Assembly: GCA_043228905.1 (NCBI GenBank)
Contig: JBHGNT010000017.1
Location: forward strand, 496,001-560,000
Reading direction: 5' to 3'
DNA: 64,000 bases
Source of the DNA: Azolla caroliniana
Taxonomy: Eukaryota > Plantae > Polypodiophyta
Below the pieces are notes generated by a model. The model made no database searches, had not been told where the DNA came from, and saw nothing but the letters and a program-made list of their open reading frames with translations. A program made the translations under genes and the position numbers. Of this stretch, positions 24,432 to 37,400 are shown one piece after another (position 1 is the first letter of the stretch; each line of letters starts with the position of its first letter).

Positions 24432-27400
24432 TTATTGGTACTTCTCAGAATTTACTGATGGGATGATCAAATCAGCAAAAGGCTTTGTTTCAAGAATAAG
24501 TTCGGCATTTTTCCTGTCATTGTAATCAACCTGTCATAGATAACAAGACCAATATGAATTAGACAATTAAACTTTACACAAAAGAAAGAGCCTAAAGACC
24601 ATGTGTTAAATAGTTCTTACAATGTTGTTACAGAATATATTAATTCACTATGATCTTATTGATAGACATATTAGAGTGAATCTTTATACTGCCTTCTCCC
24701 ATATCTAAAATGCACTCAAAATGATGCCTAATTCTTGTCACAATGTTCCATCTATAACTGTTTAGGTTTAGTCTGTACAGATAGCTTTCCACCATAGGCC
24801 TCCCAAAGCAATACACGTCCTCTTAGCGAGGCAGTGCTAATAAATAAAACACAGCTTGGTTTCCCTCATTCAAGGCTTTGCATATTTACTTTAACAAGAG
24901 GATTTTAAAGAAACAATGGGTGTCCTATTAGAGATTCAATGCATAAAACATTAAGACAGCTTCAGGCAACATGGAAAGAGAGTTTGGGAGGTTGAAGGAA
25001 CTGAAAAACATTGACAACTTAACTAATGGTCAAACAAGTAACAATTATTTATATAATTAATCTTACTCCTCCATTTTACTAAGTTTATGTCAGCCAGCTT
25101 AAATATTACAATGAAATAAAACAAAGGCTTTGATTGATAATTACCCGTGCTTGTGCTTTGTCGGGGGGTATTCCTACAAAAGCAGCACCAAAAGTTATTT
25201 CAACAAAAATAAGGGAGAAGAAAATAATCATTTGTTGAGACGTCAAGTCCTCTTCAAGTATCTAAACCATGGACCCTACTAATACCCAGTGCCAATCACA
25301 GGTTTTCTTGATATAGAGGCCTTACAGACTTGTATCATCAATAATCGTAGAATATGCATACCTAGCATGATAAACCGTTGGAAAACTCTCTTCAATGTAG
25401 CATTTATGTCTATATCCAAAAACCTGGTACAAAAATGTAAACTTTAAGGTCCATAATTATTAATTATCTAGGTTAAGAATCGTATATGATATGTACAGGA
25501 AAAAATACCAGCGTTCATCAAAGATTTCTGCAAGGCCTTTCCACTTATCATCAACAAGAAGTAAGTAGTTTCCTTCAACTACCACAACTCTATGTCTGAC
25601 CACCCAAATAATAAGAATCTATCAATAGAAATATCTTATTGAAAAAACCTGTTATATTTAATAGCATACTGGAATATTTAGATTTCCCACTCTTGATGCA
25701 CATCAATCACTCCATATCCATATAAACATGTCAAAGGCTCTTATTATATCGCAGGTTTTCATAAGAAAGAATCTACACCAATGAAGGGATGTCTACTTTC
25801 TAAGGGATGGATAAAACACCCAGCAAGAAATGAATGTAAGCCAAGAAATAGTAGCATTGACGACACTATAATAACAGTGATAAACAAGTATTGCATGTAA
25901 CTTTTGGCAAGTAGTTACAGAATTCCCTATCTAGAGTGACCCTCTCAATTCTTTCTATTGCTTGTTTTCTTTATTTTTCTAGATTTACTGAAAACCAAAT
26001 ACAGATTCTCAACTTTTCTTATCATAAGCATGCCTTTATTTTGTAATTTATATTCAGAAAACTAAACAGATTCCAAAGTAGGTACAAGGAACTCATGAGA
26101 GTAAATAGAGTTTTAGTATGTCCGGCAAGAGATACATACAAAGAACTGACAAAAATATCATTTTCCTTTGGATCTCCAATTCCATGGTCAAATGAAGGTG
26201 CATGTACCCATCCCTGAAATGAAGATCTTTCTGGGTTATGACCATTGCACAATGACATATACATAGATGCATGGACGTGCACACACACATTCGACAAGTG
26301 TACCTGGGTGCGTAAGACATTAAGGCATTTTATAAGGCCTTCAGGATCAAACGTCCAGGGAGCTGTTTCATGGGAGGGAGCAGTGTCAAGTCCACATTAA
26401 TTTGTACGATTTTTCTTTACGTTTACTGAACCATCCTAAAAATATATTCTTAAATATTTATTCAGCAATCAACTCACCTCCTCGACGAGCATGTGCTTCA
26501 GCTGGATTCTGCAGGTGAATAAGCCAGAGAATTTTAAGACTGAACAAAACATTAAAGACTAAAGTATTCATATAGATTAAATACATGAATTACATCCACT
26601 AATGTTAGAAAAATGGGAGATGCAATTCATGCAGGATGTGTACAAATATGTATACATACTGTCATTTTTCTACATATATAACAAGAGAGAGATTACTGTC
26701 CTCAGGAGACAAAACTTAAAAAGTGCAAATCTAGATACCTTCCTTTTATGGAAGAGAGAAAAAGGAAATGGAACGGATATGATGAGACAGAATCTTCTAG
26801 AAATAATTCCGAACTCAATAAACGGTAGCATTAAATGTCTGAACATCAATGGATATTTTTTATTAATTGCTTAATATCAATGGTAATAAGCCGTAATACA
26901 AGACCGACAAGGTGTTTCATTGCCTTGGTAAATATGCATGTTTGTGGCGATATTTTTCTCCCTTAAGCTATAATTACTTATATTCATATGGTATTGACAG
27001 CTACAAAACACAACATAGTATCCTTATTAAACCTCCATCATGTCAAGTTGGCTGCGGTATAAATGAAATCCATCCATTGGCAAAGAGATAGCTATATCAC
27101 TATCAATTTCAACATTGATCCCTTCTTTTCTCTGAGACCACAATGTATTAACACGCTTAGTTATCTCCTTTGCCACAGTTGACTTTCCTGCTCCGGGTGG
27201 ACCAGCCAGTCCAACAATATACCTAAACGAAGAATATACCAACTCTATGATTACTATTATTATTTTCAGTTTATGTGGATATTACTAACAGCAATTATGT
27301 TTTGTAAACACTATTTATACCTAATAAAAAGAAATGTCAGAACATTTTCTACATACTAAACTATACAGATCACAGCTATTCAAAAGTGTTGAAACCTGAT

Positions 27401-30400
27401 ATAAAAGCTCAATACGAAAGCATATATCCATCACTTTTTAGTACAAAGAATTTTCTTGCACGAGTTCAAATTCCTCTCCTTTACCTCCGTTAGTGCCTAG
27501 GCATGGAGCTAAAAGCACACAGAATAAGTCAACCTTCCAGGCCTCCATGGTCTATGTAAATAATTTGAAAAGAATTGACAAACTATCTGTTTGATCAAAT
27601 TATACTTTAATAAGTGTCCCCCCATATGTGCCATTCATTCTGTTAAGTCCCTTGCATTCTAAAGTGTTAAGCTTTCACTTAAAAACCTAGAGTCTGCTTT
27701 CTTAATGACAACAACTATGATCCCTTGCTTTCATAGAATGGAACGAAAGTTAATATCTAAGGATATGACAAAACCTAATTTCAGATCATGTACTCAATCT
27801 GCATATGATATAACACTTAATTTCTACAATCAACCTGGATTAACATCTGACAACTTTCCTTTTAATAGAAGGAAACCAATTAACATCCACGCACATATGG
27901 AGGTTGTTACTCCCCTCTGGAGGAACACCCTGTCGGTTACTATTCACAAGCAACAGAATCAAGGTATTGTGGTAGGAAGGAGGGGTAGGATTCAGGATGT
28001 GGGGTAACTCTACGCAGATGTTACCTGTTTATCACACACCAGAGCTAGGCCCAGACATCTGCTCTGGTTGACACTCAGCAATACAGATTGATTGTTTCGA
28101 GGCCTGAAAGGAACACGAGGTGTGGGTTTCTGCTGAATCGGCTACCATGATGCGTGTGTACGATTTCATAGTCACAAGAATTACACTTGGAGACTTTAGG
28201 AACCAGACACAGGTTTCCCCACAACCACAGAATTATATTAGTAAAGCAGAACTATTACAAGGCAAACCGAGCGACTATCGGCTGTGATTCTTAGCCCTCT
28301 CGGACTATGTGCACCTCTCTGTACAGTTTCCTAGTCTATCAATATCCCCCCCCCCCTCTTTACTTCTCTCAATCACACACCCTTATATAAGACTCCATGC
28401 TTCCTATTTTTAGGAAGCATGTTCTCGGCTGGCTTTGTAAATCTTTTTCCCCGATTTGGCCTTCTGTCCCTTCCGTCCTGCCCGGCCAACAGAGCTACAG
28501 TGTTCAAACTACAGTCTAATTCCAGTTTGCATGCTGCACATAAATAGCACTTGACTTCTTTATAATCGAACCTTCAGTCATTTAAATAATAATACACAAT
28601 TATTACCTCATCATTATCAACATCATATTGTTTCACTAATCACTACATACATGCCCAATCACTTCATTTTCAAGACTCTCAAAGAATAAAATAAACATAA
28701 GCATTCAGAATACTTTGATGAAGGTGGAGTTGCCATAGCAGCAGATAACAATCGATCCGTTAATATTTCATAGACGTGTTCCATCGTACTGCACTGCAAA
28801 AAAAACACCACATTATAAACCAATCATCAGGAATGCCCTTTCCTTCATACTATGAGAATGTAAAGAAAAGGCACAATATACATTAAGAAAATGAAAACGA
28901 ATACACAAACACAATCTATTAGTCAAACAGCAGCCTACAATAAGATTTAGAGTCTTTGATCCTGATTTCTGACTTTATTAAATAAAAGATCGCCTAGGGG
29001 CTCCAACATACTATAAAAGCTTCAACAGACTGCAATAAGATTTTCATTCTCTTTAATCCTGATTCCACCTAGAGGTTTCAACAGACTGCAACTAGATTGT
29101 TACTCTCTCTAATTCTGATTCCTGGCCTTCATTAAAATAAAAGAGCACTTATGCGAACTTCAGCTGACCTGGCCTGGAGGATTTTCCCTTCATTTGAAGA
29201 CTTCCAAGAAGCCTACAAAATATGAGATGCCAAAACAATAACAAGCATCAGCAGAACTTCTTAACATGTTTAACAGAATCTGGACAATAACTGTACCTCA
29301 ATTGAACCCAAAGCAGGAAATTTATCATCCTTTCTCCTAAATGTAAGACCAATACATGAACCTAAGCCTGGATATACATGATAAAGAAATTATTAACAAG
29401 TTGAACGAGACTAAGAATTCTTTCCCTGATAAAATCGATTCTTACTTTTGTGGGATGGTGCAAACATTTGAGGCAAATTTGCATATCTGACGTAGTTGAC
29501 TGGCTGAAAGAAGCAGATATGTGCATTCCAGCTTCATGTGGTACACAATTATTTTCTTTATCAGAAACAAAGTAGGAAAAAATACAAAGCAAAAATCAAA
29601 AGAAATGCCAGCTTCATGCATTCAAGAATCCACTTGGCACACAACTTCCGTTCTTATGAGTATGAAAGTAACAAGAACCAAAAGGAGCGAGAAAGAATGA
29701 AAATTGGGATTTTAAGGAACGTCTTTCATTCAAGCTTCCATTTTATACAGGATTTCCTTCTTTATCAGCCTCAAATCAACAGAGTTGCAAAGCAAGAAGG
29801 AAAAAAATTCCAGCAACTTAGTGTATAGCTGATTCCATGTAGTTCCGCATTTTCTCCTTTATCAGCATCAAAGCAATAAGAATTATGAAACCCCAAGGTT
29901 TAAGTTTATCTACACAATTTTCTCCTTTATCGGAATCAACGCAGTAAGAAATGAAACTTCCACTTTGTATACACAATTTTCTTGTCTTGTTGCTTTTCTT
30001 GTTACTTGGATGCTGATAAAGAGGAAACACCTGTATAAATTAGATTCCAGCATCTAAACAACAAGGAAAGAATTAAGGGAAAATATGAGCTTATTCAAGA
30101 TTTTCTTCTTTATGGGCATCAAAGTAACAAGAAAAGAAATTAAGAATAGAAAAAATAAAATATTTCAAGAATATTCAAGATTTTCTTCTTTATGGGCATC
30201 AAAGTAACAAGAAAAGAAATTAAGAATAGAAAAAATAAAATATCTCAAGAATATTCAGGCTTCCATTATTTCTAATATAATTTCCTTGTTTATGATCCAA
30301 GCATCTAAATAAACCAAAACAAGAATAGAAAAAGAAAAAGACGATGAGATTTCAAGCGCATTCAAGCTCAATTTCGATGGGCATCGAAGCAAACCAATGA

Positions 30401-30759
30401 AGAAATAAAAATAAAGGAAAATTCCAAGCATTCAAAGCTTCCATTGCATAGAGAATCAAAATAACGAAAAAATGAGATTTTCAAGAAGCTTCCATGTTTT
30501 CTTGCACACAATTTCCTCCTTCACCAGATTATGATCAGAGAATCAAAAGAAATAAAATAAGGGATATGAAATAAAACAATAAAAGGGATGATAAGATTTT
30601 CCATGAAGCTTCCGTGCTGTTTGAGCAAGGGATGGAAAGAACGAGAAAGGAAATTAAGTGCAAAAAATTTGAAGAAATATATTGAGATATAAGAACCTGA
30701 TGTCTTTCTGTGGATGAACGGGAAGGAATGAAGCCATCGCCATCGCCATCGCCGAGACA
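24432..30759 (-). CDS. P-loop kinase of the phosphoribulokinase/uridine kinase family (At1g03030 / yeast YFH7 / E. coli YggC-like)
   Basis: Exons: 29503-29446, 29336-29297, 29212-29169, 28788-28714, 27222-27033 (IVGLAGPPGAGKST...PMDGFHLY), 26508-26478 (AHARRG), 26362-26304 (APWTFDP), 26213-26140 (PSFDHGIGDP), 25595-25509 (VVVVEGNYLLL), 25423-25362, 25173-25145, 24530-24432 (YNDRKNAELI). Probable first exon ~30759-30697 (MAMAMASF); its phase link to the next exon is unresolved. Confidence 0.88.
27905..28491 (-). mobile_element. Solo LTR (587 bp) in an intron of the kinase gene
   Basis: TGTT...AACA ends; 5-bp TSD GAGGT/GAGCT (one mismatch); GC-richer than the flanking intron; TATATAAG at ~28381-28390. 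Orientation is tentative. Confidence 0.7.
29530..30640. repeat. Degenerate intronic minisatellite with a near-exact 80-bp tandem pair (~30092-30258)
   Basis: Recurrent ctttat(cag/ggg)catcaaagtaacaag and aagcttcca motifs. The unit at ~29950-30030 is inverted. Confidence 0.7.
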
Positions 30760-30863
30760 GAGAGCAGAGTAAAAATCTCAAAATCCACAAAAAATGCCCC
30801 TCAGTTTTCTAAATTCTTGATCTACCCTTCTTTCCCACACCACAATCGTTATGGAAGGTAATG

Positions 30864-31091
30864 AATAGATTATAGTAATATAAAGAATGGACAATCGGTC
30901 TTATTCCTTCGCCATAAACTTCACAAAACCTCTCAATTACAGTGAGAAGTAACGGAAAAACCCCAAGTACCCAGTCAAATAGATTATAGTAATATAAAAG
31001 AATGGACAATCGGTCTCATTCCTTCGCCATAAACTTCACAAAACCTCTCAATTACAGTGAGAAGTAACGGAAAAACCCCAAGTACCCAGTC
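30864..31091. repeat. ~114-bp near-perfect tandem duplication just upstream of the kinase gene
   Basis: aatagattatagtaatataaa...ccccaagtacccagtc at 30864 and 30978. Confidence 0.92.
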
Positions 31092-31834
31092 GAATATCTC
31101 ATTGTATTGGGTGATATCTCATCATGTATGTGTGTGTATGGTTATTGAAGGATTCATTCTTTGTGTTGATGAATCAGAAAAAACGATTGATGAGTCTATG
31201 AATGCATTGTGCAAGACTAAAAAAAAACTCATGGTGACTCCCTAGAATTGCATGGGAAACAAGTAAAAGCTCAAAAATTGCACAATCAACAATTTGATTG
31301 AATTCAAATGAATGCAAGGTATAAAGAAATGAGTTCAAAATGGATGCATAATGCATGTGTCTACCTTAGTAGATTCATCAATGCACAACACTCGTTCTAC
31401 AACTTCGTAGAGCTGTGGACACGCACACTTCATGAGTATATATGTTGAACCTAACTACATTCTTCTGCAATGGCACAAACTACACTTACCAATGCATGCT
31501 AGAGCTTAACCTCTTGTTTCCACACCATCACTTCCCATCTTAACTCACGTTCTCTTACGTGTGAGATTGGGTGTTTCGGCATTGAGAAAGAAAATTGTCA
31601 ACTATGCACATTTTACCCTTAACAAGATTTCCACCTTGAATTATATTCAAGATTGTTTATTCCACATTTTCAAATCTTGGCTTGCCCCTACACATATTTT
31701 TCTTGGCTGTAATCTGCATTCTCAATCGGAACATTACTAAAATTCTTGAGGATCGAATCTTCCCAATTCCACTCAATGCATGAAAACTGTTCTATTTTGG
31801 TCCCACAAGTCATATTTAACTTCGCAAAACATAC

Positions 31835-31871
<37 letters not shown>

Positions 31872-33054
31872 GCTTATTGTTACCTTAGGATGCAAACGTT
31901 AAAGTTATAAGACATCCACATTAAATAAGAGAGAAGTAAAAGGATCCCTAAATAGTGATTCATAATTCAAAACAAAACATGTGTTTAACATGGCTCACCA
32001 AAGCTTCACGATTAAAATATCTCATTGAAGTATTTTAGGCATGGAATGAAGTGACACAATTAGATGAAGACATTCAAAAGTAAGGCAATGCCAAGCTTAA
32101 TTAGCGTCACAAAAAGTGATTGAAATTCGAGAACTATACAATATATACTATTACTATTTAGGTACTAATAATACTATGCAATTTCTTTTTTTAGAAAAAC
32201 GGGAAACCAATTGTCATGGTGAGAAAATAAAGAAGAAACAAGGTACTGTATATGTGAGCATAATGTTAAATCAAATAATATTGTGGTTGACCAATGCTGA
32301 AGAAAGATACTCAAGTTAACTTACTACATGCATTGTTTGTTTTAGCAAGTTTTATTGGTGTCATAATATGATAAGCTTGTGTCTAACATTATGACAATAT
32401 ATAGCTCCAAACGTTTTACACATCATTAAATATTTGAGTAGTTGAACTTCCCTTTTTATGTTGTGTAGTTGAATGGACCACCTGTTGAATTCAACCAACC
32501 CATGTTTGAAAATCCTTTTGATTTTTGTCTAGTTCTCGGAATGATTTTCACTTTTGGATTGATCTAAGTTTTCCAACTTGTATCCAGCTCATTGAAAATC
32601 TGATTTGCAAACACTTGCAAGCTAAAGGCCATCATATTCAAGAACAATATTGAATGCATCTCAACAAGGATATTCAAAAGGAAAAAACTCCCAAATAACC
32701 CTCGAGTTTTTTGTCATTCCACTAAATGCTCTTTAGTTTTCATTATTTCCCAAATGCCTTTGGTCAACCTAATCTCTCTCTCTTTATCGTAATTATCTTA
32801 CCCTATTGATAAGTTGTTAACTCTACAAGCATTGCGTCTTGAGTTTGAAACTCAAATTTCTTACCTATGTATTATATACTTCATATATATCTCTTACTTA
32901 ATTCGCTAGATGCCATTGTGGAATGTAGGGGTTGAACCCATGTTCACTTGATCTCCATTGCGCAACCTTACCAAATGACCCCATCCCCACCACAAATACT
33001 ATTTGCTTGGGTCTAAAATCAATCTTTGTTTTAGAGAGAGAGAGAGATTTTAGA

Positions 33055-33430
33055 TGTCGTCGTGTGCAAGCGAGAGCAAGAACGAGTTGAGCTTCAACTA
33101 CATGAGCAATGCCTTCTCGCAAGACCTTCATAATTAAGAAGAAGCTTGCCAAGAAGCAGAAGCAAAACAAACCCATCCCCCACAGGATCAGGACTGATAA
33201 TACTATCAAGTATAATGCGAAGAGAAGGCATTGGAGAAGGACCAAGCTTGGTCTTTAGATTTTTAATGACTCCTATGGATATGCAAGATACATATGCATT
33301 CTGTTTTTTGAATTTTATTTCACATATGTTTTCGTGTGTTTAAGTATTTGCTCTAAATGGAAGCTTCTTACTAGAATTGAAATGTGAGCCTTTTGAATAT
33401 TATGAGATGACTACCTATGAGTTGTTGAAA
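33055..33430 (+). pseudogene. RPL39: Processed retrocopy of 60S ribosomal protein L39 (ORF 33109-33258, 49 aa)
   Basis: [49 protein letters not shown]. Intronless, with UTR-like flanks. Identical 22-bp TSD agagagagagagagattttaga at 33033-33054 and 33431-33452. Two residues shorter than the canonical 51 aa and lacks the Trp of PxWIR. Confidence 0.93.
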
Positions 33431-34408
33431 AGAGAGAGAGAGAGATTTTAGAGAGGGGAAGAAGATATGTAGTGTTTAGAGGTAGCAAGAGAGTGTGGTA
33501 CACTTAAATAGAGAATTAGACTTTGACGTTTTTATCATAAATGAGAAGATTGCCAAATTTGTCCCAAATAAACATATACATTTTGTAAGTGTCTCACTCC
33601 TAACAGGGAGGATTACTACTTTGTCGTAAAAACCTCTATGAGAAGATAATGCACACATTTATGTGTGCTCAAGCTTCTAGGTTGTGTTTTGGGTTTGGCA
33701 TCTAAGTAACTTATGACACCCACTTAACAAGTAGTCAAATTTAAGTGAACCACAATATATGATGAGCATATGAAAAAAAGAATGTGTGTGAGCAGGGCAA
33801 AAATTTGACGGGTGTCATGCCCGACAAAGGCCCTTTTGCCCGTCAAAAACATGCACTTAATAAAAATGCCCGTCAAGTGACATACAAAGTTTCAATTTTC
33901 ATTTTCATGTGAAAAACCCCTAAAAATTATACATGTCAAATGACATGCCAAAACTCTATTTTCCATGTCATATATATTATATATATGACACATATTGTCA
34001 TATAAATATATGTATATTATATGTTTTTTTATAACATGCTTAAAATAATATCATCATCATGTAATAATGATATATATTTTCAAACCTTTGTTCTTTACTA
34101 ATAATATTAGTTTAAATTTGATTGAAATTTTAAACAATAACCTTTATTAAATACTCTAAGAGTGTAAACTCTAGATTTGATTTTAATGTTTTAAGTTTTT
34201 TTTTTTTTTTTTTTTTTCCAAAAAAACACTACTTCGCATTAGTTAGCAAACAAAATTACATCATAGAACACCCAAAGTTCTTCTCACCAGCCCTCACTCT
34301 GGCCTTCCCACCAAAGTGGACATAGTCCCCACCTCATTTTCAACAAACGTATCCAAACAACTCCAATAACCTAATAATTTGTACCATATCTATACAGATT
34401 TACAACAC

Positions 34409-37400
34409 CTAGACGCTGTTGGAAACCGGAAACAGCCATCGGGGTGCTTGGTAGTTCTATTGAGGCCCTGATGAGGATCTGCCCACCATAGGAGAATTAC
34501 CCCATTTCAGCAAGAACTTTGATTGAGATCTTTCAGCTGCATCAGATTCCCCCTTGATTGAGTCGTATCGTCCCCGCAGCCAAGATACCAACTCAAACCA
34601 GATATTTAATAATACCTCACCGCTAGGGATCTTTTGTTGTTGAAAAACAAATTTACAACGGTTGGTCCAAATGTGCCAGATCGATAAACAAGACACCATC
34701 ATCCATATCTCCTCAAAAAATTCTGAGTTAGTGCCATGTCGAACTCCAGCCCGTTGAAACACCTTGCCATCCTGCACTATAAAACCATGTCCGTGGGGAT
34801 TTAACTGTTCAGCCCAGCCTTCCCCTGTTAACTTCAACCCTTGTACGGACCCCCATGCAACTCTCCCATTCACTCCACATGCTGCCACTATCCTGAGACT
34901 TCTACCCCAAATGTTAATAGCCTTGCTGCAGTTCCAAAAACAATGAGGAATTGATTCCAAAGGGTGTCCACAACTTTTGCATCCAGCCTCACCACCACGA
35001 CACCTAAGCCACTCCCCCACCGGCACCACTTTGTGACTAAGAAGCCACAACCAAAGCTTTATTTTTTCTAGCATATCAAACGCCCATAGCCTCCTCCAAA
35101 ACGACTTCAACCAGTCATCAGAAATGCCTTTATCCTTCCAACTATTGCGAGTTAGGCCAGCACCCATCAATTTAGAGCCAATGATTTGCCTTCCTAGCTT
35201 GGTAGTGTACTCGAAAAACCGTTCAAGTTTGTCTGTACCCGGTTTCTGCCACCACACCTCTAGTGGATCCCAATCCAGATCACATATGGGCTTGTTGTCA
35301 ACTATCCAGAGTTTACGATCAGATTCCAGCTTCCCTAGGTCCGGGTTTACTTGCCACTTCTTACCTTCCAACATTGCCACTCACACTGCCAACCATTGGC
35401 CATTGTCTGCCAAAGCACTTAGGTTGCCCCACAAACGATACTCATAAGATGGGCACCTGCCTCGGATAATTTGCGCATCGCCCTCACCTACAAACCACCC
35501 AAACCAGACCCCCTCTTCTTCATTCAGCCTAGCTAGACCATCAACAGCCTTATCTATCAAGTGGGTAACCTTTTCCAGCCTGCTGGTAAATCTAGGACTT
35601 CCAACCAGACCCTCCCTTCTTCTCCTTTTGAACTCCTCCCAGTCTCTTACTGAACTAACATTGTACCCTACCATTTTTCCCCATGGCAAGTATTTTTTCT
35701 GACCAAGCATCATACCATCATCACTTCGAATCCTGGGGTTCCAAAACAGAGGTTGACGAAGTTGTTCCTCCATTGTTTTTGGCTGCATTAAGACCAGCCC
35801 CTCTCTTAAACTTGACCAGGCCCTCATTATGGTGCGGGCCACCCTATCCTCCATGCTAGTAGGTTCTTTTAACGTTAGGCCTGGACTGAACAACCACCAC
35901 ATCTTTGCCTTCCAAGGGCCGCCATTCCTCGGACTCCAGAGTTCAGCTCTGTCTCTAAGAAGCAATTTCCACAATTCTGGTCCAGGTTGGAGACTTCGCA
36001 CCAAGAGCTTACCAAGTAAAGCCTTACTTTGGTGACCTGGATCCACCATCCCAAGTCCACCTTGACTTTTTGCCTTGATCAAACAACTCCAGGCCACTTT
36101 AGCTGAAGCAGTCTCATGGTCTCTACCCGACCAAAGGAACCCTCTCACCATTGCCTTAATATTTTTTATGAACTCTTTATCTAACATCCAGCATGCCAAC
36201 GAGTGCCACATGGTGGCCAACAAAATATGGTTTACCACAACCACTCTACCTGCAAGGGAAAGCTTTATTGATGCCCATAACCGAAGCTTTTTTCTGATTT
36301 TGTCTTTCACTTGCTCAAGTTGCTGATTTTTCTGAATCTCTATTCCCACCAAAAAGCCCAAATACTTAACAGCCCTTCCATTAGGAACCCATTGAAAATC
36401 AGCATTAGGTTGCCAATTCGGCCAAGAGTTTGGACTTACCCAAAACCCTCTACTTTTGTTCCAATTAATTTTCCCACCTGATGCTTTACAGAACAACTCA
36501 ATTCGATTTTCAGCCTGCTGTAAATTAGCATCATTGCCTTGCAGATAGAGCATGGTGTCATCTGCATACATGGAGTCCAACAAGTCCTTACAAGCATGTG
36601 GGACAACCAAACCTCGAATTCCTGCATCCGGTCTATTTAAAAAGAAAGAGAATGCCTCTGAGATAAATAAATAAAGGTAGGGGGCCAATGGGCACCCCTG
36701 TCTGACAGACTTGCATAATGGAATTGATGGGCCCCGTTGCCCTAGTACCAACACCCTACTCAAGCTTCCTTTGTAAAGCGCCAACGCAGCTGCTCTCCAT
36801 TTTGAGGGTAGTCCCAACCGCTCCATGACTTTGTCTAAAAAAGGCCATTGTACTCTATCATATGCCTTCTCAAAGTCAAGCATGAGGCATGCAATATGTT
36901 GATTGGTTTTCTTCGCCAAGGCAATCGCTTCCCAAAAGGTCAACACATTATCAATTATACATCTATTTTCCATGAATCCTGTTTGTCCAACATTAATTAG
37001 CGCATGTAAGTGGGGTTTGACCCTCTTGGCCAGCATATTAGCAAAAATCTTATAGATTGTGTTGAGCAACGTAATCGGTCTCCATTGCCTCACATCTGAT
37101 ACTATACCCTTTACCTTAGGAATTAGAAATATTAGTCCCTCTTTAAAATGTTCAGGGAGGTACCCATCATCCCATGCCTCATTTAGTCCAGCAACCAGGT
37201 CAACCTTAATTATTTCCCAAAAATTTTCATAAAAATCTTTTGATAATCCATCGTCTCCTGGACAAGACGTTCTACATATACTTGCCAGAGCATCTGACAC
37301 CTCCTCTTCCAAGAGTGGCCCTGACAACTTAACTTGTGCAACCTCTGAAATTCTTGGTTGCATTCCCTCCAATACAAATTCTGCCAGTGAGGGCTGGTCT

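Noticed and set aside
607-30759. Four enzyme genes in a row as a metabolic gene cluster
   Set aside because: No shared pathway is evident among SHMT, ferredoxin-like, sulfotransferase and kinase; this looks like an ordinary gene neighbourhood.
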